Below, piece after piece: positions 10,909 to 20,398 of a DNA stretch of 64,000 bases (positions within the stretch are counted from its first letter, which is position 1; each line of letters starts with the position of its first letter). The translations under genes and the position numbers were made by a program. Origin of the DNA: a virus. A model generated the notes under the pieces. That model saw only the letters and a program-made list of their open reading frames with translations. It searched no databases and had not been told where the DNA came from. The stretch is taken from the UHGV virus genome UHGV-0214148. One strand, written 5' to 3'.

Positions 10909-13900
10909 ATGCCGAGAGAAGACGCGGCGCAGTTTAACGGTACGCTAAGCACAGCGACGTACCCTAACCGATTTAACGTGGTCATTCCGCCTGAAGGACC
11001 TTTTTATCGTATCGGATTAAAACTCACAGTAGCCGACGATACCGCGCCTAACGGACGTCGTACTCTGATTGAGGGGCTGGACTACTATTTAGGCTATTAC
11101 TTTAAAGAACTCGCCGAAGCTGAACAAGATCAGATTTATGGCGGGTTTATGTTGCTTACTGCAACAGAAATCGAATATGAGATTTTAGGGGTAGCACGGC
11201 AGTATCGTGTACCGCAATCTGAAATCGGGAAGTTCTTAGTTCGTACTGACCTGAAAGACCCACGTAACGTGGACTGGTCGGAGTTAATGGCGTACGCGCC
11301 GGTTATTCAACCAATCGACCCCCCTGCTAACTTAGAAGAAGCTATTCTGAGGGACGAGGTCGTTAAAGCGTTGAACGATATCCGCAAGAAAATCATTCAG
11401 CGTTCAACAGAGTTAGATGCGGCCTTCACCGAAGTCACTAACCTTATTTACGAGAACGGTAAAAAGATTTTCGATGAAGAACTATACCAACACCACCTTA
11501 ATCCTAACGCTCACCAGTATACGACCAATGACGTTGGGGCCCTTCCGGTTTTAGGACGTGCTGTTGACGCTACAAAAGCGTTTGGGTTGACAATTGACCA
11601 ACTGGCTACGCTGATGGGTTCGGCGGGCATTGAGCAATCAGACGTTGAACAGCTAATGGGTGAAGCCCTCGGTACCGTTTACGGTCGTTGGGGCACCACG
11701 AACGGTAACGAACTAACGTTTAAAACACCGGGTGGACACATCATCAGCATCCGTGGTGATAAGTGGTTAATTACCTCCCCGCAACCGTTAGTGATTAAAG
11801 CAGACCAAGACAACAACGAATCCGGTTTGGCGGTTGAGTTTAGTGCGGGACTGAATACGCTTTGGGTACACTCTGGGTCAGAACAGGATGTATTAGCACC
11901 GGTCTATAACTCTGTGTATCTCGTTACACCAGAAATGGTGAACATGTACCTGACGTCTGTAACGTTACTTGAAGCGAATGCCTATTTCAAACCGTCAGAC
12001 ACCGTAAAACCGTACGGTACAGCGAAGCAGTCTAACCCACTAACGTTGAACGCGAATATTCCCACAGCAACCGAGTCGGTTTATGGGGTGTTTTCGATTA
12101 CGAATATCGCAACCTCTGTAGCGCTAGGCACTGCTATTTCCCAAAAGGCTGTGACCGAGTTAAAAAACCGGTTGGACTTGTACGTTGACGACGACTACAC
12201 GGTTAACGGTAGAGGGTTTGTTAAGACAGGCGACAACATGGTGTTAACCTTAACGAAGGCCGATTTCGGTATCGATAAGATGAATAACACCACACCCATC
12301 GCTAAACCGGTAACAAAAGCATTAGCGAACGTGCTGAAAAATAAAAGTTTGAAGGTACACACGCACACTACCGCTGATTTGGATAATGTCCCGATTGGTA
12401 GCGCAACAGTGGACGGTATCTTACAGCTGTGGGATGCGATTGATACCACGAATGATAAAGCCGTCACATCACGCCAAGGGTGGCTGTTCGCAAAAGAGAT
12501 TAAGAAGGTCTCTGATAAACTGAATACCCTCTTGCCCGCATGGACAACGGCCGGGAGCAAATATACCAACAATTCGATATTGCCGATCTTGTCGATGGGT
12601 AATTACGAAGGTTATGGTAAAAACATGGATGCGCTCCAGATGGTTATAGGGGTACAACAAGGTAAGCTTTATGCTTTAATTAGCTCTAAATCCGCCCTTC
12701 CGGGAACCGAGGGTATTTATTACGCCGTTGCCGGGTTAAAAAACGACAAAAGTCTTGGTGAAATTTACAAAACAACGTTCCGTTATAAGCCGAAAGGGTT
12801 AGAGACGAATTATCCTGGGGTGGAACTAAAAGAAATTACCGTTACGGGTACCGAAGCATTTATAGCGAAAGGCAGCGACGATAATTACTATTTAGTTAAA
12901 CTGAACGGTTCAATGGATTACACCAAACATACCGATGTCAGGTTGGTAACTTTCTCAGAATTTGTTTCAGAAACAACATGGGAATTTGTGCCGAATATGT
13001 TCATGGATCGTGTGGTCATAGCCGATAACGGCGTCTATGTTTTGCGTACGATGCTAATGGCCGATCTGAAAAACAATAGTCTGGTGGACTACATTAAGGA
13101 TACTCCGCAACCTATGTTCCGTGTTGGGTTATTGCGACTTAATAAAACCGATCGGTTTGAACAGGTTGATTTAAGCTCTACACGAAAAATCGGTAAGTGT
13201 GCCGATTTGGTTGAACCTGGCGCGTTCGATGTAGATAATCCGAATACGAAGCGTCTTGCCTACTTCACTGCGGAAGGCAAAGCGTTGTGGACAGTGAATT
13301 TACAATTAACTAGAGGGGTGTCAAGATGGATAACGCCCGTTGTTAAGGACGGTAATCTGTTAACCGTCGGCGTGTCTGGCGTTTGTCTTGGTTTTTCTTC
13401 AACGAAAGGTACCACATTCGGGCCATGGAATGGTGCTTATCGTCTCGACCTATTAACCGGGGAGGTTGGGTTAGAGACAACTAACATCTTCCCAATCAAA
13501 ATCGATACTACAGGTTGCTACTTAAAAGACGGAACAAAAATAGAGCTGAAATGGAAATGGGCTACTCGAAGTTCTGGCTATATGGCCGACAATAGAATCT
13601 GTGTCGGTGATATGGTTTATTCTTGCTGCTGTTCGACAGAAAAACAACTTGCACCGTCTCTCCATTACCAGAAACTCCCAGAAGGAGTTAGTTATCTGGA
13701 CTATGTTAAGTTGAGTGCGGGGTATGAGGGGCAATCTACGTTTGAAAATCGGATAAACCCTGTGGTGGGTTCGGTGTGGAAACCGTCTATGACTCTACCA
13801 TTGTTCTTCCCAGGAACAAACAAAGTATGGCTTAAACATCAAAAAACGGCTTATTTCATTGAAGCCGAATATGATAAAGATACGACTTATGGTTATCCTG

Positions 13901-16095
13901 GATACGGCGGGTTTGGACCAACATCCCGCCGTGTTGAAAAAAAAGCGAACGAATACGGCGTATTGACAAATATACCGCTGGTTGTTACGCCAGACATACC
14001 GAAAGGTCTACTAGATGGGGCTTACTTTATCGGTGCTGAAAGTAAACCATGTAAAGTTGTTTACGGTACCACTACGGTGGCTAGTGATCGGTTGTCTATC
14101 GATGCGGCAGAATGGGCGAAGTTGACTAATATTGTTCAGTCCAGCCAGTTCTCTGGGGCTTCTAACGGCAACGCCTATGAGCGGATTAGCGTAGCTAAGA
14201 CCAAAAAGAACAACTACAGTTTGTCCTTTTGGGTGCTTGGTCAAACGATGTCTGGTGGTCCGCTTTGTATCGCGATAGTGAGTCTTATCTATAAAGACAC
14301 TGACGGGGTAAATAAGTTTGCTTTTTACTTCTTTCAGGTAAAACCGACTATAACCAACGGGGTCATAAGGTTCGTTAGTTCGGAAGCGAGAATGATGACG
14401 TTCAGGGAAAAAATGGCCAGTAACGCCATTAATCTCTCACCCACAGCTTTTAATGGTGAACTTAAACAACGCTCCGGTCAAGTTTTCCTTTATTCGCAAG
14501 ACGGACAAAAGTTCAGATTCTCAATACATAACCTGGTTGGCGGGAATCTTGTAGGATCAGAGATTTCTTTTGCTTTTGGGATAAACTTGACTAAAAAAGG
14601 AGAATGGTTTACCGGCGAAATTCATCGGGCGTGGGGCTATACGTATACGCTGAATAATACATCTGAAGTCTATATACCCGATCTCTCGGGCATCGCGCTA
14701 TTGACTTGTAACTCGGAAGATTTAAACGAGTTGTATCTCGGTGGCGAACAGTATAGAATCTCTGATTTGTTTAACAAAAAATATACTGTTATCGATAAGA
14801 TTATTATTGGCGGCGTACAAACACAGAGCGGTTGGAATTTCTATCTGACGGAGGAAACCGAGTTAAGTTTTGGAAATAAAAGATATACCGTTCCAAGATG
14901 GTCCGTTGATTTAAGCGATGAATTCCCGACTAATCACGCTAACCAGACATTCTACGTTTATGCTGAAGTGGTCGGTTCTACTGCCCAATACCGCATCGGT
15001 TTAGAGCAGTTAGCTGATACCTCGTCGAGACTGTTTGTTGGGACAGTAACCACTGATTCGAACCGTATTACGGATATCAGTATCGATAAAGTAAAACGGT
15101 TAGGTCGTGTAAAAGAGCTGGAAAATCATGCCTCGGTTGTTGATCAGCACGATGTGGCGCAGGCGTTCGACAGGAAAACTGGTCCACTATTAACAGTGGT
15201 TAATAAACCCGTTAAAGCCATTACAGCATCTGCGAGCAAGGGTGCTGGGTATGTCGATGGCCAGAAATGGAATACGTTGTCCGGGATTGCAACGCGGCCC
15301 AGGTTGCCGGTACAGGAAACCTATTCAGGTTATAAAAGTATCAGCAGGGTGGCGTATGAGAACTGCGCTGACCAGTTCTGGCAGAAAGCGGTTGCTGCGA
15401 ACGTTGCAGCGGCTACTGCTTCTGAGAACAAACAAGCAGCAACCGCGAACATGAAGTGGCTGGGCGCGTATACGAGACCGACTACCGGTGCGAGTGTGTG
15501 TCTGGTACTAAGTCTACGTGTTAAAGTACCTGGTAATCCCGGCACCGCTAATCGTAGACTGAAAATCAGGCTTGCGGCTCCGACAGGTATAACTGAAGTT
15601 CGTTACGGGTTAAATCAGTCTGGCGGTACGATGGCTGAACAGACAGTAACGTTGACTGCCAACAGTTATCTGGAAAAAGAGCACGCCGGATTTAAGCCAG
15701 CCGAAGAAGTTCGTGTTCATGCTACCTTTGTCATTCCAAAAAATGAATACGAGAGTTACCGTACGAAGTTCGGTGCGGTTCAGTTGATTGACGTTGAATC
15801 GAACACTGTCATTAAACAGACAGATATCGACACACCGTTTTTCGTGTACACCGCCACGGAGCAAGCGGCACAATCTGGTTTGGTGTATAAAGCGGTTAAG
15901 AGTCAGTTTCGTCAACTCCCGGCTCAACCTGTCGTCATTGTAACTGATGGACAGACAGGGACTACGCCACCGGTGAAAACCTCGTTTGCTGACGGGACAT
16001 TAACGGTCTACGTGGCAACCACGTACGACGCGGTTAACCCAGCACAAACACGCGATATCGACAAGCTCCAGTTCAATCTTATGTTTACATCTTAA
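10909..16095 (+). CDS. tail fibre protein (1728 aa)
   Basis: AGGAG SD; N-terminal PPEGPFY...GLDY motif; fibre motif GIDKMNNTTPIAKPVTKAL...KVHTH. Confidence 0.7.
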   Translation: MPREDAAQFNGTLSTATYPNRFNVVIPPEGPFYRIGLKLTVADDTAPNGRRTLIEGLDYYLGYYFKELAEAEQDQIYGGFMLLTATEIEYEILGVARQYRVPQSEIGKFLVRTDLKDPRNVDWSELMAYAPVIQPIDPPANLEEAILRDEVVKALNDIRKKIIQRSTELDAAFTEVTNLIYENGKKIFDEELYQHHLNPNAHQYTTNDVGALPVLGRAVDATKAFGLTIDQLATLMGSAGIEQSDVEQLMGEALGTVYGRWGTTNGNELTFKTPGGHIISIRGDKWLITSPQPLVIKADQDNNESGLAVEFSAGLNTLWVHSGSEQDVLAPVYNSVYLVTPEMVNMYLTSVTLLEANAYFKPSDTVKPYGTAKQSNPLTLNANIPTATESVYGVFSITNIATSVALGTAISQKAVTELKNRLDLYVDDDYTVNGRGFVKTGDNMVLTLTKADFGIDKMNNTTPIAKPVTKALANVLKNKSLKVHTHTTADLDNVPIGSATVDGILQLWDAIDTTNDKAVTSRQGWLFAKEIKKVSDKLNTLLPAWTTAGSKYTNNSILPILSMGNYEGYGKNMDALQMVIGVQQGKLYALISSKSALPGTEGIYYAVAGLKNDKSLGEIYKTTFRYKPKGLETNYPGVELKEITVTGTEAFIAKGSDDNYYLVKLNGSMDYTKHTDVRLVTFSEFVSETTWEFVPNMFMDRVVIADNGVYVLRTMLMADLKNNSLVDYIKDTPQPMFRVGLLRLNKTDRFEQVDLSSTRKIGKCADLVEPGAFDVDNPNTKRLAYFTAEGKALWTVNLQLTRGVSRWITPVVKDGNLLTVGVSGVCLGFSSTKGTTFGPWNGAYRLDLLTGEVGLETTNIFPIKIDTTGCYLKDGTKIELKWKWATRSSGYMADNRICVGDMVYSCCCSTEKQLAPSLHYQKLPEGVSYLDYVKLSAGYEGQSTFENRINPVVGSVWKPSMTLPLFFPGTNKVWLKHQKTAYFIEAEYDKDTTYGYPGYGGFGPTSRRVEKKANEYGVLTNIPLVVTPDIPKGLLDGAYFIGAESKPCKVVYGTTTVASDRLSIDAAEWAKLTNIVQSSQFSGASNGNAYERISVAKTKKNNYSLSFWVLGQTMSGGPLCIAIVSLIYKDTDGVNKFAFYFFQVKPTITNGVIRFVSSEARMMTFREKMASNAINLSPTAFNGELKQRSGQVFLYSQDGQKFRFSIHNLVGGNLVGSEISFAFGINLTKKGEWFTGEIHRAWGYTYTLNNTSEVYIPDLSGIALLTCNSEDLNELYLGGEQYRISDLFNKKYTVIDKIIIGGVQTQSGWNFYLTEETELSFGNKRYTVPRWSVDLSDEFPTNHANQTFYVYAEVVGSTAQYRIGLEQLADTSSRLFVGTVTTDSNRITDISIDKVKRLGRVKELENHASVVDQHDVAQAFDRKTGPLLTVVNKPVKAITASASKGAGYVDGQKWNTLSGIATRPRLPVQETYSGYKSISRVAYENCADQFWQKAVAANVAAATASENKQAATANMKWLGAYTRPTTGASVCLVLSLRVKVPGNPGTANRRLKIRLAAPTGITEVRYGLNQSGGTMAEQTVTLTANSYLEKEHAGFKPAEEVRVHATFVIPKNEYESYRTKFGAVQLIDVESNTVIKQTDIDTPFFVYTATEQAAQSGLVYKAVKSQFRQLPAQPVVIVTDGQTGTTPPVKTSFADGTLTVYVATTYDAVNPAQTRDIDKLQFNLMFTS

Positions 16096-16135
16096 CGCCA
16101 CGGGACAAGGACGTCTCGGATTAAGGAGAGTGGCC

Positions 16136-17335
16136 ATGGCCTCCATTGTATACCAATACCCTTTAGATTTAACGGGAAGCCTAACCTCTAACGCCGTGGA
16201 GCGTCAGGTTACGTTAGGTACAGGTAAAGTTAACCGTGCGTTTGCTTTTCCTGATGGACCGTTTTATGCTGATACGTTCCGCTTGCGGGTTGCTAACCGA
16301 CCCGATGCGACGTATGAGCGCGGAACGGACTATGAGTTGATTTTTGCACACCCGGCTTACGAGAAATTGACGAAGAACCGGGAAGTGGTAATGGCGGTTG
16401 TTGTAACGAACACCGCGATTCCGACCGATATCACGGTATCGGCGCAAGTAGTCGGGGGCCCGCAGTCGGCAAACGTGACTGCGATAGAACAGGCGATTGC
16501 TGAGTTGAATCTCGATAATCGAACTGTTGGCTTTAAAGACTTGCGAAATGTTCCTGATACATTTCCGTCGGCACCGACGTATAAAGACGTCGGCGATATT
16601 TACGGCTTCGAATATATCATTACAGTGCTCGCTGGCATTAAAGATGCGATAACGGCGGGCGATGCTGTACAGCTTGAGAACATCAAAGCGATTCTCGAAA
16701 GCCTGAAAAACGATTTCCTGGACGCACTGAACGCGCACATTAACGCCACGGGTAACGTCCACCATCTGGACATTCATCAGGTTAACGGGTTAACGGAAAC
16801 GGAGATCCGTGCACTGATTCGTGACGTACAGTCTGCCATCGATGCAACGATTGCCGATATCAATGCATTGAAGAAAGCGGACGAAGCGTTAGGAAAACGT
16901 ATTGATGCTGTTGTCAAATCTTTGGAAGCGTGGAACGACCAACTTAACGTCGTTGCACAAAACTACCAGAAAATGGCACTGGCAATGGCGAACCTAAACT
17001 CGTTAGTGTTACAGTTACAGAAAAATATCAACGATCTGAGCACCAAACTCAACCAAGCGATTCAACGTATTGCTGCGTTAGAACAGCGGGGTAATGAGTC
17101 CGATCAGAAAATTGATAAACTGCAACAAAACCTGGATGCGCTTAAACAGCAGGTTAATAATAACACGAACGCAATCAGTCAGGCGAACCAGAACCTGCAA
17201 AACCATATTGCGGCAGATAACCCACACACAGGCTATCTCCACAAGAAATACGGTGGTGTGGTTCAGGCTCCAGTACACGTTAACGCTAACTTGACGTCCC
17301 GTGATGACGTTCAGGCAGAAGCGGGTACGAAATAA
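16136..17335 (+). CDS. short coiled-coil tail-fibre-like protein (399 aa)
   Basis: AAGGAG 7 nt upstream of ATG 16136 (track GTG 16130 is too close to the SD); N-terminal FPDGPFY...GTDY motif; long heptad-like Q/L/N-rich segment. Confidence 0.6.
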   Translation: MASIVYQYPLDLTGSLTSNAVERQVTLGTGKVNRAFAFPDGPFYADTFRLRVANRPDATYERGTDYELIFAHPAYEKLTKNREVVMAVVVTNTAIPTDITVSAQVVGGPQSANVTAIEQAIAELNLDNRTVGFKDLRNVPDTFPSAPTYKDVGDIYGFEYIITVLAGIKDAITAGDAVQLENIKAILESLKNDFLDALNAHINATGNVHHLDIHQVNGLTETEIRALIRDVQSAIDATIADINALKKADEALGKRIDAVVKSLEAWNDQLNVVAQNYQKMALAMANLNSLVLQLQKNINDLSTKLNQAIQRIAALEQRGNESDQKIDKLQQNLDALKQQVNNNTNAISQANQNLQNHIAADNPHTGYLHKKYGGVVQAPVHVNANLTSRDDVQAEAGTK

Positions 17336-17345
17336 CTTTATTACA

Positions 17346-17390
17346 GGAGGAACTATGCTTATGGGCGTAGTCCTCCATTCTTTTTTATTT
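17346..17390 (+). terminator. weak hairpin plus T-tract, possible attenuator
   Basis: GGAGGA...TCCTCC inverted repeat with a large loop followed by CTTTTTTATTTT. Confidence 0.3.
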
Positions 17391-17402
17391 TAAGGATACG
17401 TG

Positions 17403-17798
17403 ATGGCGATCAGTGTTAAAAATGTACGTGACCGAATCACCAACGTAGAGAACCAAATGGCAACTGGCCCACGTGTTGATCCGCAAGTTGCGTCGAAAGC
17501 ACATAATGCCGCCGACACTTTTTCGGGTTGGACGCCAAGTCGGTTAGACTGCGGGGGAAGTTGCAGCTGGACGTGCTCAAACGGCTGTACGCACGGCTGT
17601 ACGAGTTGTTCGGGCACCTGTACGTCAGTATGTGTAGGTAGCTGCTCCTCTGCGTGCGGTAACCAGTGTACTGGATGTAGTTCAACATGTTCCGGCGGCT
17701 GTTCAGGTTGCAGTGGGACCTGTGGGGGTGCTTGCTCGGGCCGTTGTTCTACGGGTTGTTCTGGTGCTTGCTCTGGTGGCTGTTCTGGCCCAACCTAA
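17403..17798 (+). CDS. Cys/Gly/Ser-rich precursor-like protein 1 (131 aa; about 50-aa leader plus 21-Cys core)
   Basis: AGGA 6 nt upstream of ATG 17403; leader ISVKNVRDRI...; core starts DCGGSCSWTCS and continues with Cys every 3-4 residues. Confidence 0.6.
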   Translation: MAISVKNVRDRITNVENQMATGPRVDPQVASKAHNAADTFSGWTPSRLDCGGSCSWTCSNGCTHGCTSCSGTCTSVCVGSCSSACGNQCTGCSSTCSGGCSGCSGTCGGACSGRCSTGCSGACSGGCSGPT

Positions 17799-17808
17799 GA
17801 GGTGAAAA

Positions 17809-18207
17809 ATGGCAATTGGATTACCTGCGCTACAAGCGCGGCTAAATAACATTGACAACACTGCATTGAAGAATACGGGTGCAGTGCAAAACTATATTCG
17901 TGGGAAAGCGACGAACAACGCAGACTTATTCGGTGGACAAGCTCGCAACCATTACGACTGTGGTGGGAGCTGTAGCTGGACCTGTTCGAGCTGTTCTGGT
18001 GGTTGTACAGGGAACGCATCAGGCGGCTGTGGTTCTTCGTGTTCTGCAAACTGTGTATCAGGTTGCAGCGCAGGCTGTAGCGGATGTTCGAATACATGTT
18101 CTGGTGGCTGCTCAGGAAGCTGTACGGGGAGTTGTTCTAACTCGTGTGTGGGAAACTGTTCTTCAGGCTGTTCGGGCAGTTGTTCTGGTGGGTGTTCTGG
18201 GAGGTAA
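17809..18207 (+). CDS. Cys/Gly/Ser-rich precursor-like protein 2 (132 aa; 20-Cys core)
   Basis: GAGGTG SD; same core start HYDCGGSCSWTCS; paralogue of the previous gene. Confidence 0.6.
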   Translation: MAIGLPALQARLNNIDNTALKNTGAVQNYIRGKATNNADLFGGQARNHYDCGGSCSWTCSSCSGGCTGNASGGCGSSCSANCVSGCSAGCSGCSNTCSGGCSGSCTGSCSNSCVGNCSSGCSGSCSGGCSGR

Positions 18208-18209
18208 TT

Positions 18210-18416
18210 GTGATTAGCCTTAAGAACCTTCGTGATCGATTAGTAACAGCGGAAGGGTATATTACGACCGCTAACGCAAACAACTATATTGCAAACCAGG
18301 GCACCGTGTCTTCAACCAATAACCTTGCCGGTTTACCTTTAAGCCATTATAACTGTAACGGCGGATGTAGCTGGTCGTGTAGCGGTAGCTGTAGTAAAGG
18401 TGCGGGGGGAAGGTAA
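18210..18416 (+). CDS. Cys-rich precursor-like protein 3 (68 aa, short core with 5 Cys)
   Basis: GTG 18210 with GGGAGG 5 nt upstream, directly after the previous stop; leader ISLKNLRDRL resembles the leader of peptide 1; core HYNCNGGCSWSCSGSCS. Confidence 0.5.
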   Translation: MISLKNLRDRLVTAEGYITTANANNYIANQGTVSSTNNLAGLPLSHYNCNGGCSWSCSGSCSKGAGGR

Positions 18417-18565
18417 CTAAGCCCTCCAGTGGTAGTATGTCTATTACGCAATAACCGAGTTAATCGTACGGGTTTACTGCTGAGTTTCAAGTTACCGGTA
18501 GGCAATGGCGCGGTGGGTTCTATACCCTGAATGTCCGTTTGACCGTGAAATAATTGGAGCAATCA

Positions 18566-19453
18566 ATGAAGAATGATTTACATTTAGCGTACAAAACAAT
18601 TTTCAATCATCCACTTCACATTTCTTCCCCTGATTCCGTACGTGCACACTTAGCAGATGAAGTTCGTCTGCTGACTCAGTTGCCGGGCGAATGGCCTAAA
18701 GTGCGCGGACGTTTCTTTACCGATCGTAAAAACTATCGTGTAGAAAATACGTTTAAGATTCGTGATCTGACGGCAGAAAGTGTGGTGGTCTTTACCGGTG
18801 ACTCCGAGTTGCGTGGTAAACTGGTTGCGGGTAAATATTTCTTTAGTGACGGGATTTTGAATAACTCCGTAGATATGGAATTGTTCTTTACCCCATTTGA
18901 AGAAATGGGCGCAAAACCGGTTGCCCGTCGTTGGTGGTCACCGGATTACTTAGGCTCGTTCCCGTATTTCTTTACCCTGGTAACACCAGAAACGAAGAAC
19001 TATTTCGATACGGAATCGTATATCGAAATTGAAGGGTACGAAGCGTTAGGGATTAATTGCTTAGCGGATTTAATGGCGTATAGCTATAAGTTCGTGTGGG
19101 ATCGTGAACGTTCCGTGTGGGTTGCCCTGACAGATGAACACGAAATCACAAAACGCATCCGTAAGCCTTGGATGCAGCATTTGATTCAAACACGTGTTGG
19201 CGAGCATCCGTCAACAGAAGCGGATCTGGCAAAACTCGTTAGTTTCTTAATGACGAAAGTCACGTTAACTAACGAAGAGAAAGCAGCAGTGTCGGCGGTG
19301 TTGGACCGTAACGTAACGTTGGCGGATTTAGAACGTTTAAATGTCCGTTATAAAGACCTTAACCGTATTTTGGAAGCGTATAACTCTCCATTCTTGTTAA
19401 CCCCTGGTGCTAACGTAGACGACGATCCTTTGTTCGCCATTGATTATATTTAA
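18566..19453 (+). CDS. hypothetical protein (295 aa) in the radical-SAM cassette
   Basis: GGAG SD upstream of ATG 18566; no recognisable motif; sits between the precursor-like genes and the radical-SAM genes. Confidence 0.55.
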   Translation: MKNDLHLAYKTIFNHPLHISSPDSVRAHLADEVRLLTQLPGEWPKVRGRFFTDRKNYRVENTFKIRDLTAESVVVFTGDSELRGKLVAGKYFFSDGILNNSVDMELFFTPFEEMGAKPVARRWWSPDYLGSFPYFFTLVTPETKNYFDTESYIEIEGYEALGINCLADLMAYSYKFVWDRERSVWVALTDEHEITKRIRKPWMQHLIQTRVGEHPSTEADLAKLVSFLMTKVTLTNEEKAAVSAVLDRNVTLADLERLNVRYKDLNRILEAYNSPFLLTPGANVDDDPLFAIDYI

Positions 19454-19474
19454 AAACGACCGGAGTCACCTGCA

Positions 19475-20398
19475 ATGACAACCAATGCAGAACCAAGGTT
19501 ATCGAATCGTTTATACGATAAACCCACCGTATTGTCCGTAGTCGCTACGTCCAAGTGCAACCTGGATTGTAGCTTCTGCGGTGGAGCCTATTACATGAAT
19601 CGTGAAGATTCTCCGCGAGAGTTTCAACGTGAGCGAATTTTGGAAGCGCTGGAAGCTAATCCAACCATTACCGAAATTCAGTGGACGGGTGGTGAGCCAT
19701 TACTGGCAACCCGTAAAATTGAGGCGTTTGTTGACGAATTAAAAGTGATTCGTCCAGAACTCAAACACCAGTTGTATACCAATGGCTTAAAGATGCGTAA
19801 ATCGCATCTCCCGTTGCTAAAACAGTTTGACAATGTCTACGTTAGCATCGATGGGTTTAAGTCGTCTGAGCGCCCGTTTATGCGCTTTATTGACGAAGGC
19901 TGTTACGAAGCACTGGAAACGATCTACGAGCTGGATAATGTCCAGACTTGGGGTGTCCTGACACGGGACCGTTTAGGGGACAAACGCTGGCACGAAGATA
20001 TTATTCAGCTGCACAGCGCGATTTACCATTACGGTTTCCGTGCAATGACGTTACTCTTAGATGCGAAAATGCCAAAACCTTTATCGCCCGACCACGTCAT
20101 GAACTTTATTTACGGCTACTATCAGGTTCAGGATAACATTGAACGACTGAATGTAGTAAATAGTCGTGAATGCGGCTTTACGGTAAGTAAAGTGTTTGAA
20201 GAAGGGTGTAACGTTTGCAGCGAAAGTCTTTGGATTAATGCAGACGGTGGTGAGCACCAACTCCAGAATGCACCTAACGTTCTGGAATCGGGATGTAACC
20301 AACTGGCCTTCTCTATCGGTGTAGAGGCGTACGAATATATTCGTCGCGTAGTGATGGCAGGGCGTAATAGAGGGGCGGCAAATGAGTCAAGTAAATGA
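19475..20398 (+). CDS. radical SAM enzyme (307 aa)
   Basis: N-terminal CNLDCSFC (CxxxCxxC) cluster and TGGEPLL SAM-binding motif; extra C-terminal cysteines (CNVC...C). Confidence 0.8.
   Translation: MTTNAEPRLSNRLYDKPTVLSVVATSKCNLDCSFCGGAYYMNREDSPREFQRERILEALEANPTITEIQWTGGEPLLATRKIEAFVDELKVIRPELKHQLYTNGLKMRKSHLPLLKQFDNVYVSIDGFKSSERPFMRFIDEGCYEALETIYELDNVQTWGVLTRDRLGDKRWHEDIIQLHSAIYHYGFRAMTLLLDAKMPKPLSPDHVMNFIYGYYQVQDNIERLNVVNSRECGFTVSKVFEEGCNVCSESLWINADGGEHQLQNAPNVLESGCNQLAFSIGVEAYEYIRRVVMAGRNRGAANESSK

Noticed and set aside
16214-16777. 187-aa minus-strand ORF inside the 399-aa fibre gene
   Set aside because: Antisense ORF within a well-supported gene; Arg-rich, low-complexity translation.
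17400-17402. GTG, TTG and GTG starts used by the ORF track at 17400, 6630 and 16130
   Set aside because: Each lies too close to the SD; the ATGs just downstream (17403, 6633, 16136) have proper spacing.
17390-18562. Several overlapping alternative-frame and antisense ORFs across the Cys-rich genes (e.g. 17437..17688, 17795..18097, 17879..18217, 18347..18562)
   Set aside because: Generated by the GC-rich repetitive Cys/Gly/Ser codon pattern; the SD-supported frames are the three plus-strand precursor-like genes.
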